From assembly GCA_965649825.1 (NCBI GenBank), contig OZ287701.1, positions 1,411,659-1,475,658 on the forward strand: a DNA stretch of 64,000 nucleotides, given 5' to 3'. Shown piece after piece: positions 1 to 11,225 of this stretch; the stretch's first letter is position 1; every line of letters begins with the position of its first letter. A program made the position numbers and the translations under genes. The notes beneath the pieces are model-generated. The model searched no databases. It saw only the letters and a program-made list of their open reading frames with translations, and was not told the DNA's origin. The stretch is from Penicillus capitatus (lineage: Eukaryota > Plantae > Chlorophyta).

Positions 1-1
1 G

Positions 2-853
2 TACTACAATGAGTATTTTTGGTTTCCTCTTCAACGTGAATGCTGGATCAACTGTTGGGAGAATGATGGCAACGTGAACAATGCCGAGATTTATCCGACG
101 AATTGCGAAAGCATGATGGAAGCATTCTTCCAAGCCGTTCTCAATTTTGCCAACATAAAGATCTTCCGATGGTTGCTGCCAGTCATATCGACTTCAATCA
201 TTGGCTGGGGTGCCATGAAGAACCTTACTCAGAGACAAGACTACGTTGTGTGGCTTCCCGATGCTCTGCACTTCGTCAGAGGCATTCAGAATCTGCGCTG
301 CTTAGATATGGAATGGGAGATACCGATACCCAGCTTACCAGATGATGAGACCAAGCCCGATTGGTCTATTGTACAAAAGTGCTGGTGGGATGTCATCACA
401 TCCGTGTACTCCAGATACAACAGCTCCAGTAAAGACATGCCATTGCGTCTCGCTCTTGAGCTGCGTGTCACGGGTGATTCTGACATCATCATGGCTCCTC
501 AACACGGAAACAAACTCGGAACCTTAGCCATCGAGATTCTATCATTCAGCACTGTCGGAAGTGAAGTCTGGTTGAGCTTCATGCAGGAGATCACGGATAA
601 ATGGAGCAAGTATACAGATGCAAAAGGCATACCCTTGAAGATTCGTCCGCATTGGGCTAAGGAATGGGAAAACCTGACTGTCAGGGGAGAACCTATCGTG
701 GATTACTTGAAATCTGTGTATGCCGATCAGATTAAGATCTTCAAGCAAGATCTCGAAGACATTGGAAGTAAACAGGGCGTTTCATTGGAACAGACGAGGT
801 CGATGTTTTCGAACAAACTCCTCGATGAGCTGATCTTCGATACAGCTGCTTAG
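2..853 (+). CDS. FAD-linked oxidase of the VAO/aldonolactone-oxidase superfamily (L-gulonolactone/D-arabinonolactone oxidase-like), C-terminal part; 5' end lies outside the window
   Basis: The frame is open from base 2 (YYNEYFWFPLQRECWINCWEND...) to the stop at 853. It contains PDALHFVRGIQN, MEWEIPIP, LALELRVTGDSDIIMAPQ and the C-terminal RPHWAKEW motif typical of this family. Confidence 0.7.
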   Translation, partial: YYNEYFWFPLQRECWINCWENDGNVNNAEIYPTNCESMMEAFFQAVLNFANIKIFRWLLPVISTSIIGWGAMKNLTQRQDYVVWLPDALHFVRGIQNLRCLDMEWEIPIPSLPDDETKPDWSIVQKCWWDVITSVYSRYNSSSKDMPLRLALELRVTGDSDIIMAPQHGNKLGTLAIEILSFSTVGSEVWLSFMQEITDKWSKYTDAKGIPLKIRPHWAKEWENLTVRGEPIVDYLKSVYADQIKIFKQDLEDIGSKQGVSLEQTRSMFSNKLLDELIFDTAA

Positions 854-1412
854 AATTCTAGCTACCACTTGTGTGAGTTCAGGGCCCTCCCTGGCTCTTT
901 TTTATTGCCTAACGCTCTCAAACACTCAAACTGCCAACACGTTATTAAGCACGCCGAGACAATGGATCGGCCGAACACATACTTTTCGATTTCTTTGCTG
1001 GATTTGTGGGAACTAAAACGAGCTTCATCAGAATTCTCATCCGTTGCTAGACGCAGACGAGCAAGAACTGAGTGTCATCATGTAACGATGTGGAACATCG
1101 GAGTGACAAGAACTCTCCAATGACGATGATCGATACTGGTAGAAAAGTATCTATGGTCGATGGTTTACATGACGCTTAGATCCTTCATAGGCAGGGCAGC
1201 TGGAAAGCTTCATGCAGAGATAATGACGTCGGGATCTGGGCAATAGATCCACAGACGTGCCGTGTTTTGGGAAGCAACAGAGCTTGATATCTCGTGATGC
1301 GGAGGCGCCGATGTTCATAAGACACGTTGGGTGTTTCCTCGACAAGGAACTCGTTTAACACGTTTCTCCTTGTCCAATCTGTATAATTGACAAAAGAGGA
1401 AAAAATAAAGAG

Positions 1413-2762
1413 CTAAAAAGATCCGTTTGGGACGACTGTCGCCAAATCGGACTTCACTGCCACATTGGTTGCACTTACATTTGGTTCTTCTGTCACCGGG
1501 ACCTGGAAATCCAGCTCGACTCCCTTTTCGAAGACCAGGCAGTGTGTCGAACCGCCGAAATGGAACATTCCAAGTTCATCGCCCTTTTTAACCTCTTGAC
1601 CTTCCACGACTGTAATCTCGCAACTCGATACTTCTCCCATTCCCACCAAAACAATTGCAATTAAACCAACTGCAGGATTGTCTGCACGAATAAAAATAAT
1701 CCCCCGTGTTGCCACGGATGTCATAAATGGCTGAAATTCATTTGGTGCTGCTGGATGCGGATTTTCGCTGTGAATGCTCTCCGATGGACTTTGAAGATAG
1801 AAAGCTCCATCAACGATAGAGGTTTTCTCAATTGCCCCGTCCACTGGACTGTGCCAGCAGTGGTAAGTCAGAGCACTCAAAAATGCTTGATATACTGTAC
1901 CGCCAGCAAATTGAACAGCAAGGGGATCGTTGTTAAGCATGGCCTCCAGTGAATACGGTTGGCCCTTTAGCGTAATATCAGCAGAGAGCATAACACCTTT
2001 CTTGTACTGCAGAGGAGCCGATTCACAAACATTGACGATGTCTGCACCGCCGACTGGCCGCTGGCCTTCTCTGAACCTCCTCGTAAAGAAGGCATCCCAA
2101 CTTTTGAAACCCAGATACTTTTCATCAGTCACATCTGGCACTTCGAAGATTTCTTCAAATGATAATCTGCGTTTATCAACGAACGGCAGTAATGCCACCT
2201 CGACCATCTGCTGTTTGACAGGCACACTGAACCATGGGACAGATCGCACAGCACCAGAATCATCGCCTTCGGCAAATACGTATCTCGATTCCTCCCTGGA
2301 CAAAAATCCACTCCAATACTGCAAGACATTCTTGAAGCATCGGTTGAACTCAACGTTTGCAAGAGTGTCGTAACCAGACGGTGTTCTCATGGGCCAGTCA
2401 AGCAACGCATTGATTGGAAACCCGACTAGACCGTATGTCTCATCATCTTCTGCATTCACGATGAACTCCGGAGCAATGGTCATAATAAAGTTCAGCAAAT
2501 CCAAGAATTCTTTCCACGTTTCGACCGCTGGCGTCGAGGTCGAATCTGCGTCACTGTAGTGCAGGGCTTCGACGAACATGCCTTGTGTCGAAATGTCCAA
2601 CAGCGGATTATTGGCGACCATATTGTACAGCTCTCGCACCGGTTTGTGATATTCGGACACTTCGGTGACTGTAACCCTATCCTTGAATCCTGAAACCCAT
2701 TTCTCCAGTAATACATGCTTTTCCAGCCAGTTTCGCTGTCTTCTTTTGGATAGTCGCAACAT
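1413..2762 (-). CDS. PsiD-like pyruvoyl-dependent decarboxylase (phosphatidylserine decarboxylase family with a PSDC-type N-terminal domain)
   Basis: Intronless 449-aa ORF with GFPINALLDWPMRTPSG, WDAFFTRRFR, NVCESAP, YQAFLSALTYHCWHSPVDG, and the self-cleavage motif GMFHFGGSTHCLVF. Confidence 0.9.
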   Translation of the reverse strand: MLRLSKRRQRNWLEKHVLLEKWVSGFKDRVTVTEVSEYHKPVRELYNMVANNPLLDISTQGMFVEALHYSDADSTSTPAVETWKEFLDLLNFIMTIAPEFIVNAEDDETYGLVGFPINALLDWPMRTPSGYDTLANVEFNRCFKNVLQYWSGFLSREESRYVFAEGDDSGAVRSVPWFSVPVKQQMVEVALLPFVDKRRLSFEEIFEVPDVTDEKYLGFKSWDAFFTRRFREGQRPVGGADIVNVCESAPLQYKKGVMLSADITLKGQPYSLEAMLNNDPLAVQFAGGTVYQAFLSALTYHCWHSPVDGAIEKTSIVDGAFYLQSPSESIHSENPHPAAPNEFQPFMTSVATRGIIFIRADNPAVGLIAIVLVGMGEVSSCEITVVEGQEVKKGDELGMFHFGGSTHCLVFEKGVELDFQVPVTEEPNVSATNVAVKSDLATVVPNGSF

Positions 2763-4814
2763 GGAGACGTCAAAAGCTTCTTAGAGGCTGAAGAGAGGGC
2801 CAGACTTAAAAACGTGCACCAATGGCGGTATGACCGCCGTTCGCAACGGCGGAGCGAACGTTCGTACAAAGGCCGCCCGCCAGACGGTTCTATTTCCTGC
2901 CCGATGTGACTAGACCTTCGTCAGAATGTTTGGCTTGAGATGGTCAGATGTATAAAGGAGTCTGTTAAGTTGATTAATAAATAAACAACAACTTTCTTTG
3001 CTTAATGCAAACTTTTTTACATTGAATGAAAGCTGGTTTGTTTTCTTATTTGAATAGACAATGACATACATGCACATGTGTGTGCGGAGTTCATGACTCA
3101 TGCTCTCGTTATCTGCAGGAAAATGCGTACTGTTCTTGTGACGGATCGTCTCGAAACAATCTGTTCTGTTTGGCTGTTGCCCGCGTCAATCTCCATTCCT
3201 TCCTCTCTTATTCGATTCGCTTCTTCATCCGTTATAGAGTGCATGGAAAGAACTCGTCGATGCCGCAGGCTCTGTCCCTCGAGTCGTGGGATCCTTAACA
3301 ACTTGTCACCAGATTTACTCTGTGCTTGTATTCGAGCGAAGGGACAGATCTGTTGCAGTCCTCTGCGACAGTCTCTGAATTCTGAAGGATTTGCCATTCG
3401 GCATCAAATGTAGTCATGGCATAACTGGATGGAGATTCCAGCAACGTTATGATGAGGAGACATCCCATTGAAGTAGCAAATGGAATGAAAAAGGGAAAAG
3501 GACGGCGAACCCTGCAGACGGAAGGCAGCAAAAATCTTCAAAGTGGGAGTTCATTGCAAAAAAGTATTCTATGTACCATACATGTATGGGCCAGACCACT
3601 CTTGCATAACTTCAAGCAAGTCCTTGCGATTTCACTCTCTTGACGCCAAACGCGAAGGTCCACTAAAGTGGTGTTAATGTTGCATATGTTTCATTAGCGA
3701 TGATAAGGTTGATGAACGTTTCCCTTGACAAAGACAGCTACGAATGTTCTCCTTTGCACAGATGTTGATGACGCTCTCGATTTCGTGTTTAGAGTACAAC
3801 AGATTACTGGCTACGTGATATCGGTTTTAGCGCTGTGAACGGATAGGAACAGTCGGCCACGAGTTCGAAGAACTTGGTTCTAATGCGTCTCCCAAGATGG
3901 CATTTTCCCGCTGTGCACCATACCGTGAGAAACAGAGAAGTGAACATTAGTCAACAACCAATGAGTGGACAATGAGTCGAAAACATGAAACGGAATGAAA
4001 AACGACTCACAAAGATCACTTCGTTGAATGTTTCCACATCATACACTTGCATGTAGATGACTGCTGTCAGTGGAGGAAATCGTTGAGTGCCTGCCCATGA
4101 AAACGACTCGGTACGCTGCCTTCTTTTCCAATGGGTGGAAGAAGCAGATCAACACGAGCTCAGCCAACGCGTTCATGAGAGATTTCACATCAACAAACAG
4201 GCGGCTCCGCCTTTGACTTCCTGAGGAAGCCATTAAGCTTCGAGAAGACATCATTGAAATCGCCATTCAAACGAAGGACCGATGTTACAAATCATGCAGT
4301 CCAGACAGCATCGATGCATCGCACTTGGAGAAAGCGGGTGAGTCCTCTGCATCGGGCACGGCTATTGATGAGAGACTTTCCAGGGATATGGTGGACATGG
4401 AGGCTGTGGAGAGGAATGATGGTCGAATGAACAGCTGTCGTTCACTGCCACACGAAGACCTTCGGCGTTCCCTTCGCGTCTTCTTCCTCTCTCCTGTAGA
4501 GCATCGCAAAAAGGAAGTGACGCGAAGAGAACCTTGTTCGCTGCTCGCGTCAACGATTCTCAGACGGCAACCCTACTACGGTGCTGTCCTCGGCATGGAA
4601 GCTGTGCCACGTATCGAATGCGATTCACCAGACAATCATCGCTTCGTTTCGTCTCCATTCTTTTGTGTGGTGGACCAGCTGCGATCTATTAATTGCCGCG
4701 TCTAGGGGCATAAGCAGAACAGAACTCGGCACGTGGCAGCAAAGTTCCTTGTCATCTTCTACGCGCTTTGTTTTGTCTTGCGTGTCTTCGAATTTGCCGT
4801 CCGGTCTATGAAAC

Positions 4815-7800
4815 ATGTCACGACGGGCTGCAGATCTCTTCAAGTGCTTCGTCGTCGCACTCTGTCTTGTCGGCGCTCTGACGCTGGTGGGAGAAGCTTC
4901 ACAAGGTGAACATAAAAACCTCGCTCTGCTTGACGCAACGACGCTAAACACGCCAGAGCCCAGACGCGAAAGCGACATGTTCGATTCCTTGGCGCGTTTA
5001 CACGAAAACGAGGGAGCTTCTTTTACGTGTTCGGTTTCCAGATGACGCTTGCAGTTTGCTGCAAGCGAAGGACAACGCAGCCGGTGGCATGGGGACGACG
5101 TGGCACGTCGACGATGCGTTCCTCGACAAACATGGTTTGCAAGACGCTATCAACTGTACTGGCGATGGAGATATCATTTTGATAAGCGCTTCTAGCACCG
5201 TGCAATCGCCGAAGCCACTCAACATTACAAAACGACTTACGATTCGACATGGCCAGTCAGACGAGGCAAGGACGGAGACAGAGGATGACACGAGAACGAC
5301 GTTGACATGTCCTTCGAACGACAGGCTTTTGCTCATCGAGTGCGTATTCCACGCAAGGCATTACACAGCCAGCGGACTTGGCGTGTCTAGGAACGCGAAC
5401 GTCGTCTTGGAAGATATTGTCATCCGAGACTGCTCGTTCTCTGAGGACGATTCGGTCGACAGCATCATCGACGTCAAGTGCGATGCATCCGCAGACGAAG
5501 CCTTTGTCTTCGAGATGTCGAACGTCGACTTCGTCAACAACAGCAATCCCGGTGGTTCTGTTGGATTCTCTGTCCAGAACCGGGCTTGCGTCTCAGTATC
5601 GATGGACAGCGTCGTATTCAGCGGAAACACGTTTCTCCACGGCTCGTTGTTTGGCCAGAAGAACGAGCTCAGAGACATAGGCCTATTTGAGAACGCTCAG
5701 ATCTGGTCAGGATCTGCGAATGGTGGTCAGGAGCCGGCCAACCAAGAAACCGTGAAACATCCAGAGGGTCGGAAGTGAGTTGAAAAGGTCGCCACTGGCG
5801 CTTCTAACGATCTGCTTCGTTTTTCAGGTACATGCAGAATTCACCTCGTTTTGCAGAGAATCCACTTCTCTACTCTCTTTTTCGTTTCCCCAAGTCATCG
5901 ACGACGACATTGGTGAATGTCATGGCCGAGAAGAATAAAGGAGAACTGATATCCGTCGAAGAGGCAAGACTGACGATAAAGGGCAGATCGAGTTTTCGTC
6001 GCAACGTTCTCGACGCAGCAGAAGGCGCGACGATCATTGCCTACGAAAGCGCGGTCCACCTCAGTGGCGTTTCGTTCCAATCCAACGAGTACAGAACGGG
6101 CTCAGCTTTTTCCTTACACCAAGGATCCAATGGGACACTGGACGGTGTGCGCTTCCTCGATAACACGATCGATTCGGGGTCTTGTGTTTCTGTCACTAAT
6201 GTCGCAGAATTGCAGATACACCGCATCCGCCTTTGAGGAAAACAAGGTCACAGACGGTCCTGTCATTTTCGTCAATGGAAAATGCGATGAGCGAGATCCG
6301 CTTCTGAATATTTCCAATACCCGTTTTTCGAAAAACAAGGGGGGAGACTTTTCTTTGACCGCGCTGCGCGTTGGTATCCAACTTCTGATTGCAGGATTCG
6401 ACGGCGGACGCGTGTTATTGCATTCGACCACGTTTTCATTGAATGGAATTGGCTGGGATGCAGACCGCATCTCTTTGAGTTCGATTCGTACTTTTTCCGG
6501 CAGCGGGAGTTTTCTCATGACGTCAAGTGAACACGTGGATTTCGCGATGACGGACTGCACTTTTTTTGCTAACCGTGTTATGCAGAGTCTGTCTGAGATG
6601 TACTTCGACCAATGCAATGGCGACTTCCTTATCTCAAAATCGAGATTCTCGTCGAATATCGGCGTCGGCAAAGGACGCGTGATTTACTTTCATGACTCCG
6701 CGGGAGAACGCAGCAATCTGAGCATCGCCGATTCCGTTTTTCAAAACAATTGCGGCGATTTGAACAATATTCACATTGACGGGGCAAAGAGCGTCCGTGT
6801 GGAGCGCAGCAATTTCACTGAAAACTGTGCTCATCTTGAAGGCTTTGCTCTGTTTGTCGATAATGCGGATTCCTTTGAAGCGCATGATTGCCAGATATTG
6901 GACAACATTATACTGTTTGATAGGCTCTATGGTCCAATGCTACTTCTTTCTGCCAGAAGTGGCGCGTTTGTGCTTCACTCAGTCCGCACCGTTGTTCTTA
7001 AGGGATCTGTCTTCTACAACAACACTGGATTCGTCGGCAGTGCAGTGCGATATGAGCCACGAAGCGACAAGACCAAGATGCTGGTCGAATTCTGCACGTT
7101 CCAGAAGAACATTGGGGTCAACGGAGTATTCTATCTCCTTCGTGGCAGAGAAGTGAAGGTCCAGAATTCCTCGTTCATTGAGAACATTTCGTTTGAAAAG
7201 ACCGGAACCGTGCACTTGGAGGACACCTATGTCATGCGCGTGCAATCTTGCACGTTCCAGAAGAACGAAGCGGAGACGGGGGGCGGATTGTCAGTCGGTG
7301 GTTACCATACCGCGGAGATTTCGAGTTCCGCTTTCCATAGGAACAAAGCCCATTCTTTCGGCGGCGCCGTATGCATAAACAATGGTAAATCCAAAAGCCA
7401 TGGAGCCAAGATAAGGAATACAACTTTCACTGAGAACACGGCATTCATTGGAGGGGCGATGAGCTCGAGCGAAACAAATAGTTTTCACCTTCACGAATGC
7501 TCCTTTGTCAGAAACAGTGCAACTCTATACGGAGGCGCTGTCGCATTACTGAAAATGCCAGGATGGACAACTTATCTTCCCTGGCACAAACTTGGTTTCT
7601 TGTCATTCGCGGAGAACAGCGCAGCCTATGGAGGTTAGAAGTCAGTTCCTGTCTGTCAACAGATGACAACAGCGTCTTGTTCTTTGCAGGGGCATTGTTC
7701 ATGGACACTTCAAAAAGAACCGTTAAATCCGACGACAAGAACAATGTTGTGATGCCGAAAGATGCAGTGCGTAACGATCGAGCGCAATGGCGCGATGGAA

Positions 7801-10378
7801 ACTTGACGTTCTCAGGAAATCATGCCGAGATAGCCGGCGGTGCAGTTTTTGCTCAATACCGTGATCACATCGAGCGTTTGAAGCTGAGATGCACTCCGCC
7901 TCTGAATGCGTCGTCTGGAGGAGTCGATTCGAAGATCTCTTTCTCACGCACAGCAGCATGCGAAGAAATGAAAGGCAACACAGTGAAAGATGGCGGCTAT
8001 GGACCAGACATCGCCACTCCTTCGACAGGATTCTTTGCCACGATACTCTTCGAAAACGGCAAAAACCATTCTCTGGCTGAAGGAGACAGCGGTGACTTTG
8101 GAGACTGGAAGAGTGGAAAAGAATTGCCCTTGCTGCAGGTCACGATGTACGACTCCTTTGGACAAGGGCTGGCCCGAACACGGTCGCATATCGCGGAAGT
8201 CGTGACATTCTTGCCAGATCAAGATCCGATTACATCATACGGTTTTCCAGTTACAGCGCTCCTACACTCAGAAGACAAGCTGTTTCGAAATGATCTGGTA
8301 TGTAACTTGAGAGACGGAAAGGATATTCTCGTGATGGGATCGCCACTTGTGAAGCCTGGAAAGTATTCTGCGAAGCTGGGAGCACATGATGTTTCAGATG
8401 GAGACATCACATTCACGGTCACCGCTCGCGAGTGTGTGATCAATGAATACCGACGAGACGACAACAAGGAGTGCATCGAGTGCGATCACAGGCACTACAA
8501 CTTCAACCCTGTGGATGGAAGTTGTGCAAACTGTCCAGAGAATGCCAACTGCACGGGGATGTATGTACTTCCTGATCCTGGGAAGTGGAACTCCTTTCCG
8601 TGCTCGCATGAGATTCATCGCTGCCTGTATGAAGACGCTTGTCTTGGAATGAACTTAGAGACTTCCCCCGAGGAAGATCTGCATGTCGACGAAGAGAAGA
8701 AAGACACGTGCGACTTCTCAGATGAAGCGATCGAGAAGTATCGAAAGGCCATGTGCGATGATGGCTACGAAGGTGTTCTCTGTGGGGCTTGCAATGAGAA
8801 CTACGCCAAGATCGGACTGAGCCGGTGTCGGAAATGCCAAAATCGTTTTCTGATAGTGCTCGGCATCGCGGCCACCATGGTTCTTCTGACGTATTCTTCC
8901 ACAGAACAGATCAGCGGAAATCTGGACAACGTCAGATCGAGATGGGTAGGCCGGATGGAACGGCTTCGAACGATGCCGACAGAAGCAGCCATCCTCGAGG
9001 TAATCGACCGAGCAGAGGCCGATCAGGAACACGTCGAAGTGGCACAGAAAGCGAAGGAGCGGTTTGTTCTTGTGCTTCAGGTAAGCACCAGTTCTCCTTC
9101 TGATTCTCATGGGTCGAGTCTTCGCTGCAGATCATGCTGAATTTCCTGCAGTCGATCTGTGCGGCGATGTCGATACACTTCGAATGGTCAACGTACATCG
9201 TTCAGCTGTTAACGACATGGAGTAAGAGCGAACACGCCCTTGCGAGTTGCTGACGCCTTTGGCTCTGTGCAGATTGGATCAGTGGCACCGTGTCCGAAGT
9301 ATCCACGTTCTCGTTCGAGTGCCTGCTTCCTGCTCGTGGGTCGACTCCTGGATCTGTCATACGAACCGCCCTCACAGTGATCGTCCCACTCTTTGTCACC
9401 GCCATCATCTGTTCTTTCTGGGCAATCAGGACTATCGGCCGACGCATGCCGTGGAAGTTCTTCGTCAAGAGATGCATCCTGACCGCCGTCTCCGTTCTGT
9501 ACGTTTCCTATCTCTCTCTGGCCGAGACGGCCATTAACGTCTTCTACTGCATTGATGTCTTCGACGAAGTCACACTTCATGGTATCAGCACTTCTCGTTC
9601 CTATTGGGTCGCGGACACGGCTGTCAGATGTTATGCTGGTAGCCACAGAGTCCTTGTCTACGTCGTTGCCGTCCCTCTTCTCGTATTCGTTCTTGCGTAT
9701 CCACTTGTGTTGGCCGTCGTAATGGTGATCGCGAATAGAAGAGGAAACTTAAGAACCGACTGGATCCAGTCGACGCTCGGGGTGCTCATGAATGGCTTCA
9801 AGACCGAGTTTGCTTTTTGGGACTGCACCATTTTGCTCAGGAAGGCTTTGATTGCGACAGTCATCGTGTTCGCTTACAAATTCGGTGTTGCGCTCCAGGG
9901 AAATCTGCTGTGTTGTATTTTTGTCTGCTCGATGTATCTGCACTTGGTTTTCCTTCCTTACCAAACAAACGCCGGACCGCTGAATTTCCTCGAAGGGCTC
10001 AGTCTCTTCGTCTGCGGGACGACGGTCATGTCGGGTGTCATTCTCACTGACCCTAACACGACATCGGAAATCGTTAATCTGTTTTTGGTGCTCTATGTGT
10101 TAGCGAGTAACCTGGTTGCCTTCTCGATCTTCGGTTTCCATCTTCTGACCAACAAGTACACTGAAATCAAGTACACTCTTCTTTGCGAGGGTGTTGACGT
10201 GGGCAGCGGCGACGTCGTTGTCGTTCTGAAGACTTATGTTCGACACAAAACAGAGAAAGTGCGAAACTTGAGCCGAAAGATCACGGAGAAGATGTCTCCG
10301 TCCAGACGCAATATGGCGGCGGAAGCTGGAGGCTCGGAATCGACAAGGAGCTTGCTCCCCTGTGGCAGCACCAACTAG
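4815..10378 (+). CDS. Multi-exon receptor-like membrane protein: signal peptide, parallel beta-helix (Pmp-like GGA(I/V)/FxxN repeats), Cys-rich repeats, multi-pass TM domain; possible frameshift near 6217
   Basis: Spliced from ORFs 4815-5045, 5056-5778, 5832-6236, 6037-7638, 7497-9140 and 9290-10378. It shows a hydrophobic N-terminus, repeated FxxNxAxxGGA, Cys motifs (CPENANC, GYEGVLCGAC) and several TM helices including FWDCTILLRKALIA. GT-AG introns are visible, e.g. gtaagc...ctgcag at about 9081-9130. Confidence 0.85.
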
Positions 10379-11225
10379 ATTCAATGGTGTTCTCCTCCTG
10401 AAGCGGACCTATTTCATTGACGTTAAGAGCTTGGTGCTCAAAAGTTCCTGTCTGTCTTCCCGATTCGATTGCGATGAAGGTGTCGAGTGCGACAAGTCGT
10501 CGCCGGTTGATGTTCGAGTGACGATCTTCTGCTTTAATGAGACAGTATCCTGTGGGTTTGGAAATGCGAATGTCACATCGCGAGCGCACACGAGGTTTCC
10601 AAGTAGCCGTCACGTCTACAATAAAAGGTTTGCGAACACAAACGTCGCGTCGTGTTCAACTGGAACGGCAGAACTGCATGCACAGTTCTGCGTGTTCAGC
10701 ATGCAGCAAAGCGTCATTCAGACACGCGACATGGACGTCGTCGATCCCACTTTAGATGACATCCGTGATCGGTTATTCGACACATCTGGCCAAAAGTGGG
10801 GACAGTGTATCGCCAGAAGTGTACTTCTTTCGTCCATGCTCACGCGAACCGGCCCTTCTAGACAAGCAGCATTGGCTGAAGCGCAAGCGAGATAGACACT
10901 CCGCGTACGACAAGGGTGATGATACACAGGCGGCATGCATTTCTTCGCTGAATGATTCAGAATGATTCCTTCTCGACTGCTGCGGCGATGTAAACCGCGA
11001 GAGGAACTCAAGTGCCATCAGTGGGTAATCTCCATTCCGCGAGTTCTCCAGTTCTGCTGGCGTTGATCGAGGCGTGTTCGCAGTTTCGCCTCGTCGAGCG
11101 ATGGGCATCGTCGGGGTTCGACGGTACCAGGCAAGATCCACACTGCCAGTACGGCGACTACTCTGTTGAGTCCCTCTAATGCACCCTATATCACACGTTT
11201 ACCAGGATGTCTGTCCGTGTAGGGT

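Noticed and set aside
2900-4710. Several overlapping ORFs between the decarboxylase and the first beta-helix gene
   Set aside because: No consistent exon chain or recognisable motif could be built. This may be a decayed gene, but it cannot be supported.
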